Source: a virus (taxonomy: Duplodnaviria > Caudoviricetes). From it: a DNA stretch of 64,000 bases. The stretch is taken from the IMG/VR virus record IMGVR_UViG_3300025889_000070. One strand, 5' to 3'. This document shows positions 57,401 through 64,000 of the stretch, piece after piece (position 1 is the first letter of the stretch; each line of letters starts with the position of its first letter). Under the pieces are notes generated by a model, which was not told the DNA's origin, ran no database searches, and saw only the letters and a program-made list of their open reading frames with translations. Both the position numbers and the translations under genes were made by a program.

Positions 57401-60400
57401 CTCTTATTTTTGGTCTGTAAGATTTATTTTTTTGTAGTATCTGATTAAATTCACTATTAAAACTAAAGAGATTTGTGTCCCACTGCAGGGCAAAATACCT
57501 CGCAGGGTTTTTTATTGCTGCTAGAATTTGTACTACGAATGGCCATTCACTACTACGACGCCACACAGATTCAACTGGTGCTACGTCGCCTATTCTCCAA
57601 TTATCTTTTGTATTGGTTTCTAAACTTCCCTTGGTTAAAAACTCAGCTGGACTTATAAGTTGTCCTTGATCGTTAACTGGTATTAAATTAGTTAGGCCTG
57701 GTCGCTTCCATAAATTGTTTACTGTATAGGTAGCATCAATATCAGCGCCAGAATACCTTTTGCCCTTTTCTAAATCTTCCCAGAGCACGTAGTTGCCACG
57801 AGTATATGGCGCCTTTCCATAACGTGTATCCCACCAACTTGGCTTCTGATACAAGCCCAGCATTTCCCAGGGAGTTAAGTGGGGAGTTTCTGTGTCGTAT
57901 AACCAACGATAGATAGCACGCCAATAACCTGGCAGCCTGGAATCTTTATCTTTTGTTATAGCAAGATTGTAGTTCCAGGTAAAACTATTATTAGGATCAT
58001 GATGTGTGTTGGTTAAGTAGTCTAGACTATTTTTTTGTGCCCAAGCAGCAAAGTATTTTCCTATAATGCTATTATCATTAGCAAGGTCTTCTAGTGTGTT
58101 TCTAAAATATCCACTTGTATAATTTAAAATGTCGATAACTGCTGGATTGTAGCTTGTCTTAATATTATTATAAACTCTAGCCTCATATTCCAGTATAATC
58201 TTATCTCTTATATCTTTATACGCAACCCAACGACTGCCATCATGACCTATAATTATTGGTGTATAATTTTTATACTCAGGATAATCTTCTGTGTCTATAG
58301 TAGCATGTGCTTGGTTTGTGGAAGGCATATAAAAAATTCTATCAGTGCCTTCGAACTTATGAGCATGTGATTGCCCGCTAGCATCTGCCGCGGCCGCGGC
58401 AGCACTAGTAGTATAAAGCGGATAAAACCATCCTGTTTGTCCTTGAGTACGCTGAACATAACGACTGTCACTTGTACCATAAATTTTGAAAGGTCCAGTT
58501 CCACTACTTGTACCAGTTTGATAAGTGTCGTCTAAACTAACAGTTGGTTGGAATTTAGGATATAAACCTAGTTTACTGGGCGTAGGTGGCACAAAGCTAC
58601 CATTTGTATTAGCGTATTCTACAATCTCAATAACGTCACCAACAGCAAGATCTAATTTGGTGTCAAGCGTAATACTTGCTTGTACAGTGTCAAATGTATA
58701 ATCTTTTCCGTGTATCAGCTGATTCTTTTTACCAGTTTCATCTAGATAAACTAGAACACCTCTACTACTAATTTCTGTTAAGTCAAACTGAGTTTTAAAC
58801 TCAAAAGTTCTTTCTGTTGTTTGATCCAGTGTTATCTTAGTTATAGTTTTTTCACTACCCCAGGGAAGCATATCTGTATAATAAAATGGAAAATCACTGC
58901 TCTTGCTGCCTACCATAAATGTTAAAATAGTATCCAGGGCGCCACTGGGATTTCTCAAATCAAGATCAAGTTTATCAATATTATCTAAAAGTCTATTTTT
59001 AAACCTAGTATATTCTTCTAGACTGTACTTCATACTACTTACAAACAAATTGTCATCAACAGTTAGTAAGTAGTGAGCAAGAGTTGCACCAGCACTGTGT
59101 TGTAAAATTTTACCAGGATAGTTTTTGTAACTTAAATCTCTTGCGTTGTTTGTTCCTAGGCTTTTTCCTGTAAAATCCGAAATATTTCTTGTAATCTCTA
59201 CAAAGTGGTTTCTACACTGACCCAGTGTTAAATCATTAAAGTCAGCATTGTTAGCATTATTTTCTAGGTTACTTGCTACTTCGTAAAATCCTAGTTTATT
59301 AACAGTATCGCTATAAACTCTGATCAAGACAACGTCATCTGATTTTAATGCAGCTAGAAAACTTACATAGTACTTTTCATTTTGAAACAGTTGTACATAC
59401 TTGTCTGTAGTTTGGAACACACCATTAACAAAAACTTGTAGTGTTACCTCGCCTAAAATTTCCTTAGGCTTACTTCCTATTTCAAAGGCATATTTTTCTT
59501 TATCAACAACATATTGGACTTGCTGCCATTGCCTGCTTTCATGTCTTACTCGTGTCCAACCATTTAATAAACTTCTTGTTGTCCCGGAATAACTATGAAT
59601 ATGACCACTTTTTACAATAATGTCAACTGCTCCAGTACTAGTAGTATAGGTAAACTTTTCTGTAATGAAATTATTGTCAAAAACAATATCACCAACGTTG
59701 GCAATATTTTTATAACTTAATCCAAATCCTAAAACAGTATCAGCATTTGCATTATTATTTCTTTTGTAACTAAACAGTCTGCTTCCTGCAAAATTACTAC
59801 TGGGATATTTGGTTGTATTACTAAAACTGACATGTTCACCATCAAATACATCAAACAAGGGTTCCTGGTTATTTTTAGTTTTTTGCTGTGCTAACTTCCA
59901 GATCTCGTTACCAGTATTATCAGTAGTATAATGATACATCTTACCCTGAGATGTTGTACCTAACATGCTTAATACGCTGTCATTTACACTTACTGTGTCT
60001 ATTTTAACAAGATTTATAATGGTATTAGTATTAGCATTATTGTCCTGATCTATTAGATCTACACGATAAATGTTTTGTTTAATGTCAGGATCTTTTGTAA
60101 AAATTATTGTTAGTCCTGGAGTCAAACTAATGCCATCACTGAAGTATCCAGTTTTTCCGTTTACATTACTAAAGGCATCTGTTTCACTGGTATCAATGAT
60201 ACTTACAGGTGTTTTACTAGTATAACCCATGTTAAACAAGTGTAACCCACTGTCAAATTCAATAATAGGACGTTTAGCTCTTGCTGCATCATCTATAACT
60301 GTGGTGAAATTATTATATTTTGCTGTTGCTGTAATAACGTCTCGGTGGAACCATCTGTTTCCCCTGCTCCAAGCATTGTTATCACCACTACTACGATTAA

Positions 60401-61982
60401 TAAGAATGTAGTCTTGATTAAGTGGATTATTAAGTGTGGACTCAAAATTACCTACATCAAAATTAGTACTATCGAAAGGAACATTAGCACTCTTTTGAAA
60501 ACTTTCCGGCGTAACTAAATCATCCACAGCAACCAGTTTAATGCTGGACCCAACACCTTCTACATAAAATTCTTTATTTTGAAAGTTAACAGGTGTTACC
60601 GTTGTATCAAAGTTTACTTTTAATCCATTTGTAAAATTAACACCGTTGGGACTCGTGTATGTTTTTTTACCCAGTACATCATTACTAATATCAATAACAC
60701 TATTACTGCCCTGATCTACTAGTATAATTTTACCGTTACGGTCAGCATCCCTGCCGTCCTGATAAAAAAGTTCGTTCTGACTAGCAGTAATATTAGGAAT
60801 AAGTCTTAAAAATCCTTCTGGATCTTTATAAAATTCTCTGCTGCCGTACTGTATACCTTGACTAACATATACTTTATTCCCCTGCGTAATATTCTGAATA
60901 AAAGCAAGTTTAATAGTACTAACACCATCAACATTTTCAATATTAATCCGGAATACACTGTAACGTTCTGCTTGATTCAGGGCTGTTACTGGGTCAAAGG
61001 TACCCTCACTGCCTTCTGTTGAACCACTGTCATAACCATGGGCATCAAAAAGTGCACCCTGATTCCAACGATTCTCATCAAGTGTATCATTAATCATAAT
61101 GATGTCTAAGCCGTCTATTTCAGTAAGTCCATCTATTCCGGTTGTATATTGTGCTAAAAATGCACTTAGTGTTTGATTGTGTAATTCACTGTAGGTTAAG
61201 GCTGTAGCCAAATCAACCACATAATCAGTTGTCATATTTGTAAACTGACTCTGGTCCTCAGCCTGGGGTACTCTAAAAGTTATAATACCAGCATCTTCAC
61301 CATTGTTTATTACACCAGCAACTTCTCGTGTACTGATATTTTGTTGTTGGCTGTCTATTCCTGACAAGCCACGTTCTGTTTGAATCCAAAAAGGAATTCC
61401 TACTTGGTCTACTTTAAAAGTATATTCGCCACCTCTAGCAAGGTAAAGAGTAGGATTAATACTAGCAGTAGCACTGTCAAATCTGTATAAAGTTTCGCTT
61501 GCTGATCTAAGAACCGTATAATCTCGAGTAGCGTCTACAGTACCAGCAAAAACCTGAACTGGATCTGGGCCAGCTGGTAACCAAAAATATTCACCATAGT
61601 TAATAAGTTTATCAAAATCAACAAAACTACTCCAGTTATAAAACTGTTGTCTATAAAGTAGGTCTTGATTATTTGTTTGTCCATTATTATAGTTGATAGT
61701 GTTAAGAGCATCTATAATACTGCTTACACTCTTAATATCGCCTGCAGCGTCCTGGTAAATAACACCTGGTTCTAGTTGATAATTTTGTCGCGTAGAATTT
61801 ATTTCCTTGAGGTAATTATCCTTAGCAATAAAGTTTTCTGCATTTTTTCTGCCAATAAAACCACTAAACTTAGCTTTATTTTCTTCACTTATCAATTGGT
61901 CAAGCGTAGCATTTAGGAACTTAGTATTTTTACTAGTTCTGAATACCTCTGGTAAAAGTTGACTACTTTTTCTTACAGCCAT
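48408..61982 (-). CDS. Giant (4524 aa) virion baseplate/adhesin-like protein
   Basis: Uninterrupted 13.6-kb ORF in the structural block; internal FG-GAP-like propeller repeats; KPYHTKIRE motif. Confidence 0.8.
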   Translation of the reverse strand: MAVRKSSQLLPEVFRTSKNTKFLNATLDQLISEENKAKFSGFIGRKNAENFIAKDNYLKEINSTRQNYQLEPGVIYQDAAGDIKSVSSIIDALNTINYNNGQTNNQDLLYRQQFYNWSSFVDFDKLINYGEYFWLPAGPDPVQVFAGTVDATRDYTVLRSASETLYRFDSATASINPTLYLARGGEYTFKVDQVGIPFWIQTERGLSGIDSQQQNISTREVAGVINNGEDAGIITFRVPQAEDQSQFTNMTTDYVVDLATALTYSELHNQTLSAFLAQYTTGIDGLTEIDGLDIIMINDTLDENRWNQGALFDAHGYDSGSTEGSEGTFDPVTALNQAERYSVFRINIENVDGVSTIKLAFIQNITQGNKVYVSQGIQYGSREFYKDPEGFLRLIPNITASQNELFYQDGRDADRNGKIILVDQGSNSVIDISNDVLGKKTYTSPNGVNFTNGLKVNFDTTVTPVNFQNKEFYVEGVGSSIKLVAVDDLVTPESFQKSANVPFDSTNFDVGNFESTLNNPLNQDYILINRSSGDNNAWSRGNRWFHRDVITATAKYNNFTTVIDDAARAKRPIIEFDSGLHLFNMGYTSKTPVSIIDTSETDAFSNVNGKTGYFSDGISLTPGLTIIFTKDPDIKQNIYRVDLIDQDNNANTNTIINLVKIDTVSVNDSVLSMLGTTSQGKMYHYTTDNTGNEIWKLAQQKTKNNQEPLFDVFDGEHVSFSNTTKYPSSNFAGSRLFSYKRNNNANADTVLGFGLSYKNIANVGDIVFDNNFITEKFTYTTSTGAVDIIVKSGHIHSYSGTTRSLLNGWTRVRHESRQWQQVQYVVDKEKYAFEIGSKPKEILGEVTLQVFVNGVFQTTDKYVQLFQNEKYYVSFLAALKSDDVVLIRVYSDTVNKLGFYEVASNLENNANNADFNDLTLGQCRNHFVEITRNISDFTGKSLGTNNARDLSYKNYPGKILQHSAGATLAHYLLTVDDNLFVSSMKYSLEEYTRFKNRLLDNIDKLDLDLRNPSGALDTILTFMVGSKSSDFPFYYTDMLPWGSEKTITKITLDQTTERTFEFKTQFDLTEISSRGVLVYLDETGKKNQLIHGKDYTFDTVQASITLDTKLDLAVGDVIEIVEYANTNGSFVPPTPSKLGLYPKFQPTVSLDDTYQTGTSSGTGPFKIYGTSDSRYVQRTQGQTGWFYPLYTTSAAAAAADASGQSHAHKFEGTDRIFYMPSTNQAHATIDTEDYPEYKNYTPIIIGHDGSRWVAYKDIRDKIILEYEARVYNNIKTSYNPAVIDILNYTSGYFRNTLEDLANDNSIIGKYFAAWAQKNSLDYLTNTHHDPNNSFTWNYNLAITKDKDSRLPGYWRAIYRWLYDTETPHLTPWEMLGLYQKPSWWDTRYGKAPYTRGNYVLWEDLEKGKRYSGADIDATYTVNNLWKRPGLTNLIPVNDQGQLISPAEFLTKGSLETNTKDNWRIGDVAPVESVWRRSSEWPFVVQILAAIKNPARYFALQWDTNLFSFNSEFNQILQKNKSYRPKIRDYKINGTSVGTTTNVNRVEGYNQFLESYLKFKSLSTTDLQTQVQNLELKLVHPLSGFTNLDKCKLLIESTTPTSTSSNIFIPDENVKLFLNKSTPLERVTYTGVNIIKKQNGYEVVGFDTDNPFFKIIPSIRSSNTRTITVGTDTAVLYEDSQNFISNIPYGTFIRSKQQVCDFLIAYQRYLTAKGFKFETLNSNKEPKDFTLAVKEFLFWDQQNWSVGSVLGISPANTEVRINRPLTTLDNVNKNGDIKNPSSKALKPTEYNVSRIDNLSLITVDENKNQIYSARLDPIQYEHYLVIDNTTIFNDVIYQPELGNRQARIKFVGFKSSPWNGTLHSPGFIINENKFDVWVENTDYKKGEVVSHNKKLYAAITNHVGESKFNFSNWRLVEDMRTGLLPNLTQKADRFNDFYDFDKTNLESSTDKAAKGQIGFRAREYLDQLGLDDISQIKFYQGMIRNKGTKNVIDRLTTAELTNLNQEIDVFEEWGFRSGAFGSIDSNQVIELVVDESKAQENQVFVELLNTGDSGSNLGLKYYPKDLFKLPNKYNKNIFATRTSNVKKTDIAGAGHPRIDDTDFAIFDLDSNLDQLSADISRIGRGTTIWTAKSNFDWDVFRVTEINAEVTGIEQPGIGFITYTTNRANGLVKNDKVVIKSSNSIVGGVKIIHSTEGSTKFTVRVDDDTEIDSLSNIVISIFKLVSTRFTNTSNIATFTPPYGWEKNELAWVDYDEKSNWAVFKKNNPWDSKSVIFNIESSGNSKNGTSLAITDDSLNLFSGAPEQSTGVVYPYARDSSGTFNPASKLTAQDIRTSVDAYGYSVAAGNVWLAVGAPSSEGSFGYVFVYKRDNVGVFNLTQSIRLENPGANAQFGYSLAISKDDRYLFVGAPGENRVHVYTLVEVPTAKETSQTFAGNSLTTAFTLNTSSSAHELFIRDSNTKEYLSFKDWTVSGTTLTFTSAPATGVNVVVRKRSYYSYTTSITGSETISGDQFGFSLDCDTAGETIIVGAPYSEVPNSDSTVFTNAGEAYLFHHIVERFTGDGTTHQFTTNTSLASNFYIEVDGVKQQLATGEFSSFDSDSSENRYTVAGNTISFRYKPRSGSKIRVYTGSFAEIQRIDQAQISGQTLGDSENFGYSVGLDAYGVIASIGSPGEDEVNPNTGSVFVFMDEGLRFGELTTANSNKTTFTNQNDTIFVDDFEVVMNFNTSNDPSKFASPINDSTSLVGVTASLTTSGQVKITTVNKDPNKKLKVRPGAGNTFRVLAEVKPFKYSQKINHPLGVANENFGRVVEFDKHIPQDSVAKQRMVIASDRASSLLPVAFDRDTNTTSLTFNDALTTFDDDSTKFIDRVTQSGAAYVYDLLDSSAVPGKPQSITNQPLFAFGQQLRNTNINELDQFGGSAVINQGRIFVGSPSDNIWLTNAGSFYYFQNTNNTDTWSKHRVQTPKVDVDVINRVVTYDKSTNQILDFVDTVDIYKNKLPGLAQGELDYILPIDPAAYNVSSIPNSVTFAENNNWNNEKVGRLWWDLSTCRVIEYEQGDLAYRIQHWNQFFPGSSIDIYEWTESSVLPSQHVDSGLPGTPKYPDDSAYSVSLQYNSVTNTSITKYYYWVSGLTTFPDDERRQISTEGVRQLIENPISSGIKYLSLVDKNAFVMNNMSKTWADKNVVLNINYDVVKNEGIVHSEFELISEGDSKQTLPANIKARLIDSLSGANSQGAIVPDETLSAGEKYGINVRPRQTLFVNRQQALKTFVKYCNSVFLTTPIARQFNLTSLFASDPFPSSRTYDKKVPNVETRDYLAVLTLPAGYKVLVEKDETLGGDWTVYSLKVATDNTRTWFLEKVQGYNTARYWSYETWYAAGYNNTTLPKFTVATEPDLLTITGAETGDLAKVISNDEGNFSFLKFDGSKWIEVIIEKGTIRILDTIYDFANLDTGSFIGFDSGVFDFEKFDRVPHQEVRTIATAIFNEIFTGTLALNANTLFFRMIEYALHEIDVGNPDWTIKTSFIRVLHKIRDLDQYPTYQLDNSTFVEKYIEEVKPYHTKIREYVAKYDGTDNWKGDVTDFDLHSFYDTSVEYFRKPSGDFGGDEITRTQGLNNPWSKNYTYYIDSIVINSAGAGFLDNPTLTISAPDVSGGTQATATAVTNGNSIVRITVTNKGSGYTKTPTLTITGQGTGLDISPRLKNDQIREFDTTLKFDRITYATIVKDWAANTSYVYKDLIAYYNTNTKIQEVYQVSASGGFTSGSAFSVEDITGTIILVPYADENLSSAADRIGAYYVPGEGMLGDDLELLQPGTGYLANKVSGLGFDKEPGFDSATYDIIGFDNFEIDTDGLTTVSGLDTVIKSTFSDLALGTRPEDIDIDGGKFVDVYNSHAPEEFVPGIVFDNLDMEVYTDPSDDFLGDGNSFKTVSRVYTADGTSNKFYYANLTRKELVDYLVVYQGSTRIFDFTADYEGRTISFASTPAAGTQIYIYGFGTTGEKITHEEVIIGDGSTVQYTLGVEYSRYVQSLVLRDGVPVTHTISNQNNRVNITLSTNNPDGSVLHAFISNRSVAKPAFTYGTTQEITLTSGTYIYNLDQSFDDDFANPLTGNVIVELGTERLRPSNSKYYTLDGSTVAYRVPSTAQETAANTSVGDIIVTRLDKINNITQNLNNIQDYTLTQVVDATSTLVWQVNLLSAYNSGDTLIVSVENSNEFYIDAGKLRLDNSVSFSTGDKVYVTSFNNHDPLRTQTKVFIGQGSELVPSIDEFDELGFDSGAFDGETLAGLALNKYTQDRTPTNANNLWITLDGVRLHAGDFTIDINGRIDLSSQIINANTEIIVTHFSENTIEPIIGYRMVNDMLGNYEYFRLCNDGQTKLAKDLKPADTKIYVEDATKLPLVNVNSDNPGVLYVGNERITYWEISLEDNYVTNIRRSTMGTRWAPMHLKGTEVYDTTDKQRLPATDTHTKTWYTLGASTAANGYGLQSSSTINAAFLKDCEAALPNYIQELQSPLYVDDGYVDANYVEELEL

Positions 61983-64000
61983 TAGTAACTATAACCTCCA
62001 CTGCCGGTAATTCTTGTAGTTGATCCGCCTATACTAATATTTTTAGTGGTTTCTACAACTGTGTTGGCGCTGCCTGTGGTTACACTTTCAATACGATTAA
62101 TTTCTGCAGTGGAGTTGATAACTATCCCACTTGCTTGAATCTGCGCCGCAGTTATTACATCTATAATTTGTACATCATTTACTGTCGCTGCACTTATAAA
62201 AATTTCATCCCTACTACTAGCTATTTGATACAAACTACCAAATCCACTGGTACTATTTTTAGGAACAATAATAACACTGAGTACATCTGGTGTTAATTTA
62301 TTGTGCAAATAGGCACTTAATTCACTAAAATAAAAAGTATCACCAAAGTCCCAATTTGCTAGCGCAAAATAATTATTAATCTCTTCCACAACTCTTGCTT
62401 TAATTTCGTTATCACTAACAAGTGTGGCGGTGTTTTTAACAATTTTAAAGTTTGCTTGTAATTCAGCGTCTGCCTTGGTGCCGAAAAGTGGTCTATAGTT
62501 GACGCCGTTAAAAATAATAGCGTCACTTACACTCTTGTAAGTTTCTAAACTACCATAACTGTCTCTTAGTTCATTTGTACTAGGCTTTACTGGCTTTGTT
62601 ACACTGCCAGTAATATCTGTTACATAATTACGATAATCAGTATCATATTGTTTTGTAAGCAGATATAAGTCAATAATATTACTAGGCGCAGGATCAATAC
62701 GTCTGTTATTGGGAGCATTATGAGTATACTGGAAAAGAATATTAGATCTACCAACTTTTGTCAAATACGCTGTAGATTCTGTTAGTACCTTTTCATTAGC
62801 ACTGTTCACGCTCAAAATATAGAATTTACCAGTACTACTTGTATAGAAAATTTGCCCACTGCTATATGTATCTTTGACCGCAGTTACCGCGGTAAGAGTT
62901 GTGTAATAACTTTCAACACTGGAATCGAGTACAGGTTCTATTTTTGTGTAACCATAGTTGTCCAAATATGATTTATAAAATGCAACCTTTTTACTAGCAT
63001 TAACATTTGGGCTTACTACTTTATCAAACACGTCAGGATCGTCAATAGCACCATCACTGTCCTGATCCGGAAAGGTTACCTTAATACGCTCTGTTAAAAC
63101 ATAACCATCAGTTTCAATGACTGTATCATCAATATTCATAACAAAGTCCTGAGCAAATGGTAAGTTACTGTCGGGCAAACTGTTTACTTTGAGCATAACA
63201 ATTTTATCTCTGATAGTTTTGCCAGTTCTTGGATCAAAGATTTTTAAATCTTTGTCAAAATAGAATCGTGTTTCCAAATAACTTTCGAAAACATAATCTA
63301 ACTGTCTATATTTTACAGTATACGTTTCCCCATCATTTGTAAGTAAAAAGTACCAACTAGCATCTCTGTTGTTGCCTGTGGTATCGCCGGCAAATTGTGT
63401 GCTGAAAGTTGTGGTTTGGTTTAAGTTAGTACTACTAATAATTGCCCAGGCTTGGGTGTCCTGATCATAACGTATACCCAGTGTCTTATAATCGCCAATG
63501 TCTGCTATTAGGCTTTGTCTAACTGTGTTTGTCAAACTTGTATTCCAGGGAACAATTACAACTTCAAGTTTAGCAGTATCAGGCACAACTTCAGTAAGAG
63601 TAATCGGCCCAGTGCCATTGTCTAAGTTTCCTTTGCCTTGGTTTGTGCCATCATCTACTAGGTTACTGCAACTTGCCCACAGGTAAGTCCTTGTATTTAA
63701 ATCACCAGAACTGCCAGCAACTAAATTATTGTTTACATCAAATACATAGCCACTGGGAGCAGTAAACTTTACTAAACTGCCCTCTTTAAAATATTTCATG
63801 TTACTACTAGTAAAGCCTGCTACCTGCTGCGGATTTCCACTACTATTTTTAAAATATCCGGTACAAACTCCTGTACCAATACTGCTTTGTTCCCAGGTAA
63901 TACCAAGAGCACTCACATCAAGTCTTGGCTGCTTGTCCAAGAAGTAATGCTGCATGCTTTTGCCCTGTGTCAAGCGTTGTATTTGTGTTGTAATAACGTT
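61982..64000 (-). CDS. Baseplate wedge-like protein (5' partial; frame open to window end)
   Basis: C-terminal NWDFGDTFYFSELSAYLH and FGSLYQI..RDEIFISAA; TAATG coupling to the giant gene. Confidence 0.75.
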   Translation of the reverse strand, partial: NVITTQIQRLTQGKSMQHYFLDKQPRLDVSALGITWEQSSIGTGVCTGYFKNSSGNPQQVAGFTSSNMKYFKEGSLVKFTAPSGYVFDVNNNLVAGSSGDLNTRTYLWASCSNLVDDGTNQGKGNLDNGTGPITLTEVVPDTAKLEVVIVPWNTSLTNTVRQSLIADIGDYKTLGIRYDQDTQAWAIISSTNLNQTTTFSTQFAGDTTGNNRDASWYFLLTNDGETYTVKYRQLDYVFESYLETRFYFDKDLKIFDPRTGKTIRDKIVMLKVNSLPDSNLPFAQDFVMNIDDTVIETDGYVLTERIKVTFPDQDSDGAIDDPDVFDKVVSPNVNASKKVAFYKSYLDNYGYTKIEPVLDSSVESYYTTLTAVTAVKDTYSSGQIFYTSSTGKFYILSVNSANEKVLTESTAYLTKVGRSNILFQYTHNAPNNRRIDPAPSNIIDLYLLTKQYDTDYRNYVTDITGSVTKPVKPSTNELRDSYGSLETYKSVSDAIIFNGVNYRPLFGTKADAELQANFKIVKNTATLVSDNEIKARVVEEINNYFALANWDFGDTFYFSELSAYLHNKLTPDVLSVIIVPKNSTSGFGSLYQIASSRDEIFISAATVNDVQIIDVITAAQIQASGIVINSTAEINRIESVTTGSANTVVETTKNISIGGSTTRITGSGGYSY

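Noticed and set aside
1-64000. Stop-codon reassignment (alternative genetic code), as seen in some large phages
   Set aside because: Genes, including a 13.6-kb ORF, are intact and tightly packed under code 11, and TAA, TAG and TGA all end well-supported genes.
1-64000. tRNA, rRNA or tmRNA genes
   Set aside because: Intergenic gaps are short and contain no cloverleaf or T-loop (GTTCGA-type) structures in the right context.

Overview
This window is about 64 kb of a large AT-rich tailed dsDNA phage genome (myovirus-like). It has T4-type RNase H, ThyX, dCMP deaminase, baseplate and tail-fibre genes and T4-like late promoter motifs. The host is probably Gram-negative, judged from lipoboxes and a beta-barrel C-terminus. 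I found no tRNA, rRNA or CRISPR array. Layout: (1) 1-11.5 kb (+): a 7-deazaguanine locus encoding a TGT/DpdA-like transglycosylase, a GT-B glycosyltransferase resembling the GTDC1/QTMAN queuosine mannosyltransferase family, FolE, a eukaryote-type phosphomannomutase, QueD and QueE. A lipoprotein subtilase and a GNAT/cupin/PRTase/2OG-oxygenase quartet interrupt it, and a preQ1-riboswitch-like pseudoknot leader precedes queD. (2) 11.5-22.9 kb (+): replication and early genes under a family of sigma70-like promoters, including a MoxR ATPase and VWA-peptidase pair separated by small cassettes. (3) 22.8-42.3 kb (-): a large tailoring cluster with five twitch-type radical SAMs, one B12 radical SAM, a carbamoyltransferase, a DegT aminotransferase, several GT-like proteins and 2OG oxygenases. 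It contains a visible deletion scar. (4) 42.3-64 kb (-): tail fibre and baseplate genes, including a 4524-aa protein. The best candidate for an undescribed system is a phage pathway for a mannosylated or otherwise glycosylated 7-deazaguanine base, possibly controlled by a variant riboswitch. All family assignments come from motif recognition by eye; no database searches were run.
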